From: Klebsormidium nitens
Taxonomy: Eukaryota > Plantae > Klebsormidiophyceae
DNA length: 64,000 nucleotides
Assembly: GCA_000708835.1 (NCBI GenBank)
Contig: DF236982.1
Coordinates: forward strand, 248,001-312,000
Direction: 5' to 3'
Positions 35,420 through 47,400 of the stretch are shown here, piece by piece (position 1 is the first letter of the stretch; each line of letters opens with the position of its first letter). Under the pieces are notes generated by a model. It saw nothing but the letters and a program-made list of their open reading frames with translations, was not told the DNA's origin and ran no database searches. Made by a program: the position numbers and the translations under genes.

Positions 35420-38400
35420 CTAGTATCTGTTCCTCCCCTTGGCATCGCCTCGTCCCGCCGGCCTGGGATGTCTCTCGTTTCTCTCAATGTTTCTTGACGA
35501 GTTGATGAGCGTGATGCTGTAGCCCGGGTCCTTCAGATCATCGAACCGGAGACTTGGCCACTCGATGTCGTAGCTGCAAGTGTCGATGCTTTCGTCGAAG
35601 ACGATGAACTGCACCGTCGGTAGGACCTCTTGAAAGGTGGCGCTGGAGGAATCTGTGATTAAGGAGAAATCGTGTCAGTTGTAAAACAAAAAGTTGGGAG
35701 GACTACATGATCTGCCACCGAGTGCGAGGGCTGAATTCGAGAATGTAACAGGTATCTCGTTAACAGAATTGCACGCGCACCTGAGACTAGGTGGCTTGCA
35801 CGAGGATTATGATCCGAATCCTTCTAGACACGGGAAAATGGCACACGTGTCCTTCGATCACTTTCTACATTCACAGCAAGAATTCCTTCTTTCAGAATTT
35901 AGTGCGAAATCTAATTCGAAAGGACAAGCCGAACTAATTATTTCGAGCCCTTGAGAACAAGTAGCAGTACGACCAACACTGTGGCTCACTCCGGCTGCAG
36001 TTCGTGTCGGCGGAAGCACTAGGTACCACTGGGTCAGAAGCACCAACCGGCACGTCCACCCGCACGATGTTCGAGGTTATGGGAGGATGTCCTTCTTCAT
36101 GTAAAATCCTCTCCGCGTGCACCTCGTGGTCGTTGGTGACAAGATCAATGACCAGGGCACGCTGCGGCCGTCCCTCCGTCGACATCTTCGCATATGCTGG
36201 TGCGAAAGCGCTTATGGTGGAGGGCGGGCATAGATCCCGCATCTTCTGATTGGCCGGATCGAACTGCCGAATCGGGCGCCCAGCAAGCTGGACGTATGTG
36301 CTGTAGCCACATGGCCGTAGCACGAAGACGCTGTTCATGCGGGCGTTGTTGTAGCTGCGGCCGAGTTTCCTCTTGTTGATGATGACGGCTGGGCTGGAGG
36401 CCAGTTTCGACTTGTCGTCGTAGAACACAACGCGGACCTGGAAGGAGGCTGCAGAATTTCCAAACTTGATCTTCAGGGTATCGGACGACGCTGTTGACCA
36501 GCTGAAAGTTTTCACCAATGGCGCATCTGCAAAGAAACTTCTGATAACGTACAAATTCTAAAAAAGGTGAAATCTCGAGAAAGAAGTGGCTCTTCTGGGG
36601 TTTCAAGCAAAGCGTCCTTGATATGCTACTCTCGCAGGTAAGCTGAGTCATTCGAGGCGGTGGATAAGTTTGATCCCCTCGTATCCTCCTTTCCATCTTC
36701 AGTTGGAGGTGGTCACCTGGACATTGGCATTGTTATACGTGGTGAAACTAGATCTTTTCTGGAGGAACCTGGTCTTGCAGGATTGTCAGACAAGGCTGTA
36801 TCTAGGATCAAAGAGAACAGAAGTTACTTAGCAACGGGACCTGACTGCTTCTGTTGGAGACAAAATGGTCAGTGGTCTTGTGTCCATGAATTAGCAAATG
36901 CATCAATGAGCAAAGCGCGCTGGATTACATTGACTAAATGAACTGAAGCAATGTCATTGTTGTCATGACGCAACAGCCTCAGAACTGGTTTCAGTGAGTT
37001 GATTCGTAGGGTGGCCAGCTCACTTACGTCGTTAGTGAGCTGGCCACCCATCCTGCAATTGAACAAGCGTCGAAGAATCTGAGGTGGCGGCCCGGCGCAC
37101 TGCACTCACCGGGCCCATCCTCACGCTGTCGTAGACCTCGTAACCGTCGACCTCATCTTCCTCTGAGTCGGAGTCGAGGTTGTCACCCGGCGGACGAATG
37201 CTCAAGGACGCAAATTCAGCTTCGGCAAGATCGTAGAGAGCCTCCTTGAACAAAGAGACAATCTTTTCAGGGCGAAGCAGTGCTTTCGCCCCCTCTTCCA
37301 AGCTGTCCTTGCTGTCCATGATGAAAACCCCCAGTTGACCCGGGAAGCCGTGGTTCTCTGGTGCGTTGAGGAATTCAAAGAACACCTCAAGGCCCGCCCT
37401 GATGATCTCCCGCGCTTCGATCTCGGTCGACACGGCAGGGAGTCGCCGGTGCTTGAACGCCTCCTCTGTCGTCAACTCTTCGCCCGTTTTCCTCCTGCAG
37501 AAGCGTGTCGGAACAAGTTGTGACGTGGATTTGGCTGAGGCATAAAGAGAGATTTTGTCACTCCGAAGGAGCCGAACGCATTCGAACACCCTGACTTCCC
37601 TTTAGAAAGCAATTGAAAGTATGATGTCCAGATGTAACTGCGTTCCGGGTTCAGCCCTCTGAAGCTGGTTCTCTGGTTGTATGTTGTTCGTCTTTCTGCT
37701 TGAAAGCTTATTGCGGCTGGGTCCAACTAGTTTTGCAAGCAATCAGTCCAACTTTCACTCTGGGGAGTGGTTGTGAGTTTCAGAGTTTTGGGTCGAGTTG
37801 TCGCTTTCACTTCGGATCTAATTTTCATACCTCGGTGGCGCCAACCTTGAACTTGCCTGAATGAAGGTTGCAGGTACGTGAAGTGGAGAAGGCGGACGTC
37901 ACAGGTCTTGAGCACGCTGGCGTAAGTCACGTGAGCATAAGGCTCTGGAAGCATAAGCAGGTTCCGATCTGTAGCCGAGAAGAAGGTGATGAAGGCCTTG
38001 GGCTTGAGCAGGTGCCTGACCCATTTGGCCCCTTCCCTGAAAAAGAAGAACCGAGAAGCATTGATATACTTGATCGAAGTAATATATGGAGCCCGCCATC
38101 ATCCTGCATTGAATGCTGCACAAAATGCAAAGATGGGATGCAATACTGCCAGTGCTCTTTTGAAAGTAGACGCTCTTGTTTGACCCGTGCTTCTCTTCCA
38201 TCAAAGAGCGGGGCAGTCGACAGGACCCGGCGGTGTGAGTTCTGGTCTGCGGATTTTGTGAGGTTTGGATATAAGCTGGAAAAGGCTTCAATAGTGCAGT
38301 TGACTCTTGAGATGGAATCGATCAGGCCTCAGGTCTTCCCTTTGAGCCTCTTGCGAATGATTCCTAAACGACCACCGTTGTCAGTTGCGATTGTCGGTTG

Positions 38401-40103
38401 AAATGGTCAGTTGCGATTGTGCCATACAGATCTCGTACTCTGTTGACGAAAATGTTCGGCACTCACCTCTCAGCTGTTCCCCAATCGCCTTCGTCTACCA
38501 GGATCATTCCAACGTGCTCCAGAAAGTGGTCTCGAACGGGTTCACCCAGTGTGTGGACAGACTGAGGGCTCAGGATGAAAATATCGTGGTCTTCAATGTC
38601 CTTGTTCGAGAGTGTTTTGTTCCTGCAGAAGAACAGAAGAGTGTGTTGGACCGCTTGCATTATTTTGCACTTCCTGTCGAACTTCAAGAGACTTATCCTA
38701 CTCAATCACCAGGCAAAATTGCGGAACGTTCAGCCTCAACAAGCAAAAGGATCCATTGCAATGAAGCCTTTTAAAACCCAAATCAGGAGGGAGTCGAAGC
38801 TCGTAGTGTTGCTTGTACAAGCATTCTTAGAGACTGCTAGGTGCTTTCGACCTCGGCACCTTTTTAGTAAGCAGATTCGAGGTGATGTCGCTTCGTTTCG
38901 TCGCCTGGATTGCAGAAGCCTTACAGTCCTGAATCATATGTTTCGAGTTCTTGCGCAGTACATGTTGATATACGGAGCAAGGAGCTCGTGCGGAACATTC
39001 TTGAAGATGTTTTCAGGACTCACGGTCTGCCTATGTAGACCCTACCCATGAGCCACTCCAAGGTCTTCAAGCTCAAGCCTCCACTCTTGTACAAAAGGGA
39101 GGAGTTTCTGGTGGCTTCTTTCCAGTTTTCTGAGTCGCGACCGCTCTTGGTCCCGGAAACCTCATCTGCTATGCTGTCTCTCGAAGCTAGCGTGCTGCAC
39201 CACACCCAAACCTGCATGGCAGGGTCTACAGCAATTTCAACCCATCCGGAGTATCACAGTCTCCCAGAGCTATGCCTCGCGCAAAAGATAGATTCGAACA
39301 TTTCTCAAGCCTGTTATTGACAAGCGTTCCTTGACAATCCAAATGTAAGCTTCTCTTGACAATAGCAATTTGGAGTCTAAATAGCAAGAAGCTTCAAGTG
39401 CAGACATCGGGATCTGCGGTACCATTCAGGTTGAAGTACAACATGCTACTGGCGAGCCTAACAAAAGTTTATCCACTTCTCTAAGGAAGAGAAGCGATCC
39501 TGAACCTGAATTCTTACCTTCTTCTCTGAGCCTCTTGGAAACGGATGGTTTCCAAGCGCGGCGAGCCACAGAACCAATGTTTTCCCCGAGCCTGTCCACA
39601 TCTGCACACGAAGTTGTCAATCTCTCAGAAAACTGCCGAGCATTGCATCGTGGAAAGAGATTGCTCGGAAGATCTTTTCTAAGCCCACCTGCCAGGTTCT
39701 GCTTGTAACCAAATGTGAAACATAAAGCCAGCTGAAAGCACCAACCCAGAACTAAAACATTCAAGCCATTCAGCTGCTTTGAAGTTCCGCATCCACCAGC
39801 AGACCACAAGGATCAAATTCAGCTCTGGCATCGAAGACGTTTAGGGCTTACCCGGCAGAATTGCATGCGATTGTCCACAAAGAATGCTTCTGCAGCCCTG
39901 TCTTTGTCGCCCTTCACTTTTATAGAAACTCGATCCTCTCCCCTGAGCGCGTGAACTTCGAAGAAGAAGTCGTCGAATCTGATTGAAGACTCCGCCGGAG
40001 GCATGTCGACTAAGTAGAACGTCTTTGTGACGAAAGCATTGTTATCTGCCTGCAAGTTGAGATGATAAAGACACCAGACATTTGGAATCTCCTCGTTCGC
40101 CAT
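35420..40103 (-). pseudogene. Superfamily 2 DExD helicase (ResIII/IRC3/RadD-like) with two in-frame stops
   Basis: In-phase exons 40103-39852, 39688-39518, 39211-39024, 38622-38467, 38036-37596, 37494-37110, then ~36526-35990 and ~35642-35420 (the last two joins unresolved). Motifs in order: I QMWTGSGKT, Ia VWVWCSTL, Ib IFILSPQSV, II ILVDEGD, III FFSAT, V VIINKRKLGRSYN, VI YVQLAGRPIR. TGA at 39617-39619 and TAG at 37727-37729. Confidence 0.8.
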
Positions 40104-40381
40104 GCTTCAAGGAATTTTATTCTGGCTCGGACTAGTTGGAAATTATGAAGAAAGCAGTCACTGCAAATACACATCGAGCCAGCTCAAGGTTCTACAAGGA
40201 AACTTGTGTGGATCACATCAGTCAACAGATTTAAATCGATCTGAAGTCAATCTTTCAACCGGCGTGGTCTCATTATTTCACTTATCGTTTTGTCTTTGAC
40301 TGAACATCCGGAGAGTGCAGCCAGCATATTCATTGCAAGCACCTTTTTGTTAAAAGCTTGCTTACCTTCCCCACCCTGCAG

Positions 40382-42535
40382 GTTTCACGTCGAGGCACAC
40401 CTCGGCAAGAAAGTACGATCCTGTCTTGCCCGTGGACATTCGAGTCGACACCATTGTCAAGTGACTCTTTCACCTCCGATATCTTCGAAAACTGATTGAA
40501 GCCGTTAATCACCGCCAGTTGCTGGCCTTCCCTCAGCTCGTTCCCAGGACAGTGCCAGTGCTCTCTCAAATGAGACCCATTTTGTGCAATGAATGCTCCA
40601 AGACCTATCCACGGAATACTCATGTATCGTCAGTCAGTCAATCAGCTGCATTTGACTTCGATGACGGGAACGATTGTTACGAAATAGAGATTGAAAGGGA
40701 ACCAGAAGAGCTCCACGCTGGAAAGACTTTATTACAGTTTACTGATCAAATCCAATCGGAGTGCTTCACGGGTATCAGTCAGAATTCCTATCTGAGCTAG
40801 TTTCAATTTCCTCAATCATGAATGTCGTGCGGTCGTGCGAGATCGAACTCCTGGAGTCATGGGACATATCAAAGTCAGAGTTGAAATCTACAACTCAAAA
40901 AGGTCAAAATAGAAGTCTGCTCATAATGCCAAGAGCCATTGATCAAAGCAAAGATTGATGAGACAATCGATCATCAATCCATCCACACTGACAACCTCAA
41001 AAAGAGATGTTGGGAACGAGATTCTAGCAGCAATAAGATAGTTCTTCAAAACAATAATTTAAAGCTCGAGTACCAAACAGCTGGCTCAAAGCCCGCGAGC
41101 ATCAAAGGTCTTATCGAAAAGATACAGTGACGAATGGGTCTGATATCAGACACACAGACCAATGTTTGCGAGGAATCACGTGCCGGATACTTACTCTTGT
41201 CAGTTCCTTGAGGAGTTTTGGCTTTGTAATGCCTCAAGCAACCACAGGACTGTTTGCTGGAAGCCCCATCTAGTGCCGCTGATAGCGCAGCACACTCCAA
41301 ACCTGGAGGATCAGACCGGGCCTGCAAACCCGCAGGTTCCGGTACGCGAGTAAGACCTTGAGCCTGGCTTCCAAGCTGATCACCTGTACTTCGAAAAGCA
41401 GCTGCCAGATCTGCTAGGTCTTCTGAAGCAAGCTGCTGGACGGCGGCCGAAAGAGAGTAAGTTCCTTCCCCTTTACTTGTCGTGGGGAGTTCCATCCTTG
41501 CCATCGTTCAGAGCCCCTAAAAACGCAAGAAAACCAAGCCGCATCCGCTAACGCCTTCGGTCTCTGAAAAGGCCGTTTCTACTCGGCTAACTTCTGAGGG
41601 CCATTATTTGAGAACTGGTCGAGGTAAGGCCGGAGTCCCTAGTTCTCTCACCCATGCGCATCCAAAGTATGCTCAATACCTGCAAGGAAGGAGCAAGCCC
41701 AAGGCCAATTTTCTCTCTGACTCGGTTGTTTCTCGGCGCAGCAAAGGTACGCTTTCCCCAAAAAGGGCGGAGAGGGCATGCTAAGACTATTTTATCACCA
41801 GCCGCAGCTGCTGATCTCTCTCTTTTCAACGCTGGTGATTGTTCAATCTGCCATTACGCAGACGTTGACTTGATTGCTTAGGATGGACGACAATAGTTTT
41901 GACGCAGTTTCTCCCGCGAGCTAAGGTATTGTCTGAAAGTCTTACACTGCGTATTAATGGTGGACTGTCTCTTCGAGGTAGTGACGTGTCACGTCCTCAG
42001 TGGTAAGCAGCGAAATGATCTTACAATATGACCATGTTGATGCGACTGAAAGCGACAAGAACAGATCTGAGATACGTGACCTTGAGCTAGCAAGACAGCT
42101 ACTGTAGGATACGTCGTTATTGAAGTTCACATGCTTCCGTATCGTGATTTCGTGACCACTGACAGATTGCACTTCCTCGAAATCAACGACAAAGTGGAAG
42201 CCCTGACGTTGCGATTAGGTCCAAAAGGACGAACGGAAGTTCTTGGTCATCCGACGTTCCTGACATTAAAAGCCAGCGTGGCTCAGAGTCGAAGCTATCC
42301 TTCGGCTGGATGCAATGGCCTCGTCAGCGATCCGCTAACGTCTCAGGTGCATGAGTGCTGGTTTTTTGATGCCCTGTCCTAGAATCTCCTAGAAATTGTT
42401 GGGGCGGCGACATCCAGTGGCCCGCACGGAAGTTTTCTAGGTGTAATGAAGACGTCAATTCGTAAAACATCGCTTTCTCGCTTTGACTTGATTGGAGGAG
42501 AACTTTTCCGGTCACTGCATGTGAACACGACTAAA
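40382..42535 (+). pseudogene. Coding-like relic of unknown family with isolated in-frame stops
   Basis: Frames stay open on both sides of single stops: 40384-40797 (TGA 40462; includes ILCNECSKTYP) and 42131-42535 (TAG 42380). Exon-like acceptors at ~40381 and ~42164. Confidence 0.4.
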
Positions 42536-43259
42536 GTCAGCTGCAGCGTGACATCTTTCCAAGCTTTGACTTCCGAGCATCCCGCTTGATCCTGGCTTAT
42601 CCGCATGCGAAATAGAAGTCACCTATCAGCCTTTCCTTGAGTAATGATGAGGTAAGGTACGGCGGTCCTGCGGTGTGGTAGGAATGAAGTGCAATATATA
42701 GGAGAATGAAAAGCAGTTCGGTAGAGACGGCAGATTGGCTCCTACTTCGCATCGCACCTGCATTTTTGGCAAATTTATTACAAGCAAAGCAGCAAATTTC
42801 ACGTGACAACTGACAGATACGAAAGGCGCCAGAAAGAAAGGTTGGGGTTAGCTTGGTACTAAGCTCAAGGATGGGTGCGCGGAGGGCATGAAGCTGTCTG
42901 GGTTGGGATTGTTGATCAAAGCGCCCCGATTCAGATCTGAGCCTTAGAACACAGCCGACCGTTGATTTTCATAAGAGTCATCTTCTGTCCCTGTGTTTTC
43001 TTCAAGTAAGAGTCAACGCGACAACCCTAAAAACTTCCACCTGGTGCAAGAAGGCCGACTTTTATTGCCTCTCTTGAAACCAACTTTCTGCTTGAGCCTA
43101 ATTCAAAAGCTTTCCAAGCGCTCCGGCCGCGTATGGCATATTTGATAAGAATAAGTTGCCAAGATACTAAAATGAAGTATAAGTTAAACCGTACTCTTAG
43201 GCAGAAGTAAGATCTAGGGTGCGGTGGCTTCAATTGCTTTCTCGCCTTGTTCGCTGCAG

Positions 43260-44447
43260 GACCTTCCATTTTCAAAACCAGTGAAAATTGTCAGAGCTAT
43301 TTGATGATGCACGACTTGAATGTGAAAGGCTCCCAGGATGATGCTGGGAGCTCAGGTGAGTCTCTGCACGCAGGTAGGTTCAATAACATCCAGGATTGAC
43401 GAATCGAATCGGTCCGTCGACATCATGAGCACGAAACAAATTGCAAAACGAGGGTTGTATGGGCGTTGAGACAAATTCAACAGCTTCTCAAATGTCTTGA
43501 GCTCGTTCCGATAACGCTGCCCATCGGGACGCAACTTTTCCTGATCATCATATGTGTATGCAGGAATAAAAAGATATGAAGTCACCGACTTCTTCGTTGG
43601 AGACGAGCAGCAAGTCCCACAAGGTATTGAGGCAGGGGAAACGGGTACACGCCTTTTTCTCTCAGGAGTCCGATTCGAGGACGAGGTAGGAATACTTGAA
43701 TGGACACTTTCACTTCTGAACCAAATAGTGCACTTCATTTCGGTCTGCTAGAGGGATCGATCCCTTTTTGTGGAAACTAGTTTACTTCGAATCCTTTCGA
43801 GCATGTTCAAAAGTCCCGTATCGAGATATTGTTTCGAGATATTGTTTCGACACATTGCGCACCACGCATCTGAATCAAGAATCAGTTTAATCCATCCTTC
43901 AGCACAGCTCGAAGAGAAATCTTTTCTGCCTGCGCTGGAGCGTGATGATCGGATGGGTTTCCGATAGTGTCCTACTTGTGTAAGCCTTCTTAGATGACTA
44001 CGATATCTCTAGAGAGGGTCAGATTGGATCTCGGATAAGTCTGACCCATGCGCAGCTCTTGTCAGTACTCCGCTATGGAACTTCATTTGCCAAGGATGAA
44101 CCTCCAATTTGCCAAAGATGACATTCAATCGTGCGACACGGGTACACGGGCCTTCGGCTTCTGATCACTTCCCTCGCAATCTACGTGAGGTTTGATGATT
44201 TGCTTTCCGACTTTCCATGTTTTCTGTCTTCAACCAGGGCCAGGGTATACACCAGACTGTGAGAAACCCGTCGAACCTGATAAGCGAGCGGATCACCGGA
44301 TGGACAATCCATTCTTCGATACCCGCATCCCTTTGGGTGGTTTGCGGGTTGAATTACTATAAGTGCAATGATCCACGGGTTGATTACCGTACCACTTTCA
44401 GGAAGGTACTGCTCAAAGCCTTGCTTCTTTCGGGCGTGAGGTCAATC
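43260..44447 (+). pseudogene. Exon chain spliceable in phase into the DRM gene but carrying two stops
   Basis: Exons 43260-43355, 43564-43685, 43752-43980 (TAG 43965), 44056-44184 (TGA 44119), 44238-44458 have canonical GT-AG ends and matching phases and continue into the DRM exons. Confidence 0.6.
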
Positions 44448-47400
44448 ATGATGAACAGGTAAGCTCCTTTCAGTGATTGGCCCGGGTAATCAAGTACCGT
44501 AACCCCGCTTACTCAAGCCTGGCTTTTCTTATGAGTGATCCAAATTAGGCTGAGGTCAGAGATTATTGCGTACTGATAAGGTCTGATCAACGAAAACCAG
44601 TGCAATGACTGGTTCGCCTGAGATTCAACAAGGATGCCGAACTTCCCTTGAGAGTTGCTTCAAAAGATTTCAAACTAGTGACAAGTTTTACAATTACAGA
44701 CACACCTTAAAATTTTGGTCCTCTGCGATATTGACTGTAGTGGTGCGTGTGAGACTCCTTTGTAAAAGACACGTTCTAAGACTTGTATCGAACCTCTTGC
44801 AGTGTGAAGAAGAGGCCGGAGAAGCTGGATGTTCCTGCTTTGCAATCATTGGCAAGCGCTGATCCTCGCTGGCAGGAAGCGCTTGGACACAAAACGATCG
44901 AGCACGCGGTGGCCCGTCACAAGGAGTAAGTATTAGCATTTCTGTTGATAGGACCGTAATGTGTGATCCGGCCTAAGTACCACTTAGGATATCCCGATTC
45001 CAGTGGAAGAAGCGCTGTTGGAAACCGTGGCGCGGCTGCGCGGGCGGCCGCTGTTACGGCAGCCACTCGAGGACTTATCGATATTTGGAAAATTTACTTC
45101 CGTCCTTCTGATCGTTAGCTTCAGCGAAACTGCATAGCAGCTTTGAACAGAACATCCTTCATTCCCTGCAGTTGGATTCTGAAGGTGGCTCAGGGTAACA
45201 AGGGTGGAAGCGAGTTTGAAGTCAGCTTTCAAACCAGTTCCAACGGATCTGATGGAGGTCTCATCGAGGCGGATGCACTTCGTGAGCATCCGGCGCCGCT
45301 GCTTCAGATTCTATAGCTAGTGCCATTGCAAGCCTCGTGGTCGCTGGCATTGGGCTGAATGCAGATTGATCATCTGCGGTGCACCACAAACCGTACTCCT
45401 TCTAAGTGTGCAGTAAGGACGGTTTGTCAAACCATGTAACCCTCCCTCGATGAAGATTCAATTAATAATCTGGCTTTTCACTCTTGCAGAAGGTAAAGAA
45501 GGGGACCGCGGCCAGGATCATGGAAGGTCCAAGATAGAGGCTCTGATGTTCTGGATTTCGAATCAAGAGCATGCGGCCGACGCTCTCAACAAGGCAACCA
45601 ACCACCTCGGGTTTGACAGGAAACTTCTCGAGAGAGTCCTGGCGGAAAATCTTGACGCTGAGGTAAGACTCATGCGCTGCTGAGAAGCAGGTCCGCGTAC
45701 ATAGTTTTGCGTGATGGGCCCCGCTTTCCCTCAATTCAACAGACAGTTGGGTGTGAAAGGAGGTTCATTCATTTTCGTATAATCTTGCAGGACGACAAAG
45801 TGCGGGAGGTTCAGTGGGCTCAGCTGAGCCGCGGGGAGTTTGAAATACTCTTTCTCAAACTTGCTGAGCAGGTGGGTATTCTTCAGCCGGAAATTATGAA
45901 TTTGAGATTCGTTTTTTCACCGATCACCTTCCCTGTCAGTTGCAGGCTGCAAGCGTTCTGCAAATGGTTCTGATCAATACTGAGGTACAGAGCACAGTAT
46001 AAAGGGACCAATTCTATCCTCCCTGTCCACAAAGATTGAGATTGAGACGCAAAGAAATGCTTCTTACGTTCGAATTTTCTTTGCTCATGTGCGCAGTCCA
46101 ACATCACGGAGCCAAAGGGTGACGTTTCTTCTCCTGGCAGCGGCGCTGTAATTGCGACAATGCATATCGGCAGACCAGCTTCGAGCCGTGTCACCGAAGA
46201 GATTCCGCCTGGACAATGTTTGCCTCCGTCTGAGGTACGGCACGGTCCACCGAATGCCTTCTCTGGCGAAGCTCGAGAAGAATGCGAGGGAGCCAGCAAG
46301 CGGAATCAACAGAAGATGAGCGGGGTCCTAGCTGGCAAGAGGACGTGCCGGGAATATTTGCCGGAGTTGGCGGTTGGTGTGGATCAGGAGGAAGAGTTCG
46401 ACCCCTGCGCTGAACAGTGGCCCAGCGATGACGAGTTCAGCATCGGTGTCGACGAAGTTCCGGAGCGCCTCAAGGACCAAGCCGGGCAAGTGATGCTGAC
46501 TGGAGTGCAAGATCCTTCTACCTCGGAAGCCAGGTCGTTCCTGCCGGCGGGGGTCGAGCCAGCTGCGTGTCCCTTCAGGCCCTTCTTCTTCTTTGAAAAC
46601 GTGTCGAGAACGGCGCCCACCCTCGCACAGTCGGAGAGGAACTGGGGTGTCATGTCGCGCGAACTGTACGGCATCGAACCGGAGACCATCGACAGCGCAA
46701 CTGTCAGCGCCAGCCATCGCAGGAGGAGCTACATCAGCAACATACCGAAGGGTCCAAGCCGAACCGTGCACAAGAGCAGATTCCAGAGCATACGGGACTT
46801 GTTTGGAGGTCTGGCCCGTTACTGGCCTGATTGGGATTTGCGACGGACCACCGGAAAGCTGCACACAATCTGCACCGAGTTTCTTGACAATTTGAAGCTT
46901 CGACGCTTCAATCCAGAGGTTAGAGCCGCCTTCTCTGCTGGGGAGATTGTTGGAGCGGAGACGAAAAGAACGGTAAGTACACAATGTTTCTGCATTTTTA
47001 TGTTCATATTTCTCTGAGAAACAGTCGAGATTGTCAGCTCTGCACCTCAACTTTTCTCTATTTTTTCACTTCCCTGGTTAAAGTCCTTCAACCTTGATCG
47101 AGTGCGCGAGTGCGCGCTTGGGAGCGTTCAGAGTCTTGATAAATCTGTAAAGCTAGAGGATGAGAGCGCTAAGGTTGGAACGGCATCTCTTATGTTTGCT
47201 GCAAGCCTCCATTATCTCGTGCTCCTGAACTGTGCCAGAATAAAGATGCCGGGTCAATCCTTCTTCACTGCAGCTGTACAGCCGGTCGCTAGTTTGGGTA
47301 GGGCCTAATCGGGCCGGTCGAATGTCTTTCGAGGAGATGGAGAAGGTATTGGGATACCCGGAAGGCCACACGCGCTTGATCGCGGACTCTTCCAGAAGAC

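Noticed and set aside
37727-44121. Stop-codon reassignment explaining the in-frame stops
   Set aside because: TGA (RUS6, RING gene), TAG (DRM, ABCG) and TAA (F-box, Cys-rich gene) all end intact genes in this window at expected C-termini.
31000-44500. Endogenous giant virus or autonomous transposon
   Set aside because: No capsid, polymerase B, packaging ATPase, reverse transcriptase, integrase, transposase or Rep motifs were recognised, and no terminal repeats were found.
46328-47050. 240 aa minus-strand ORF
   Set aside because: Antisense to the conserved DRM exon, with no recognisable motif.
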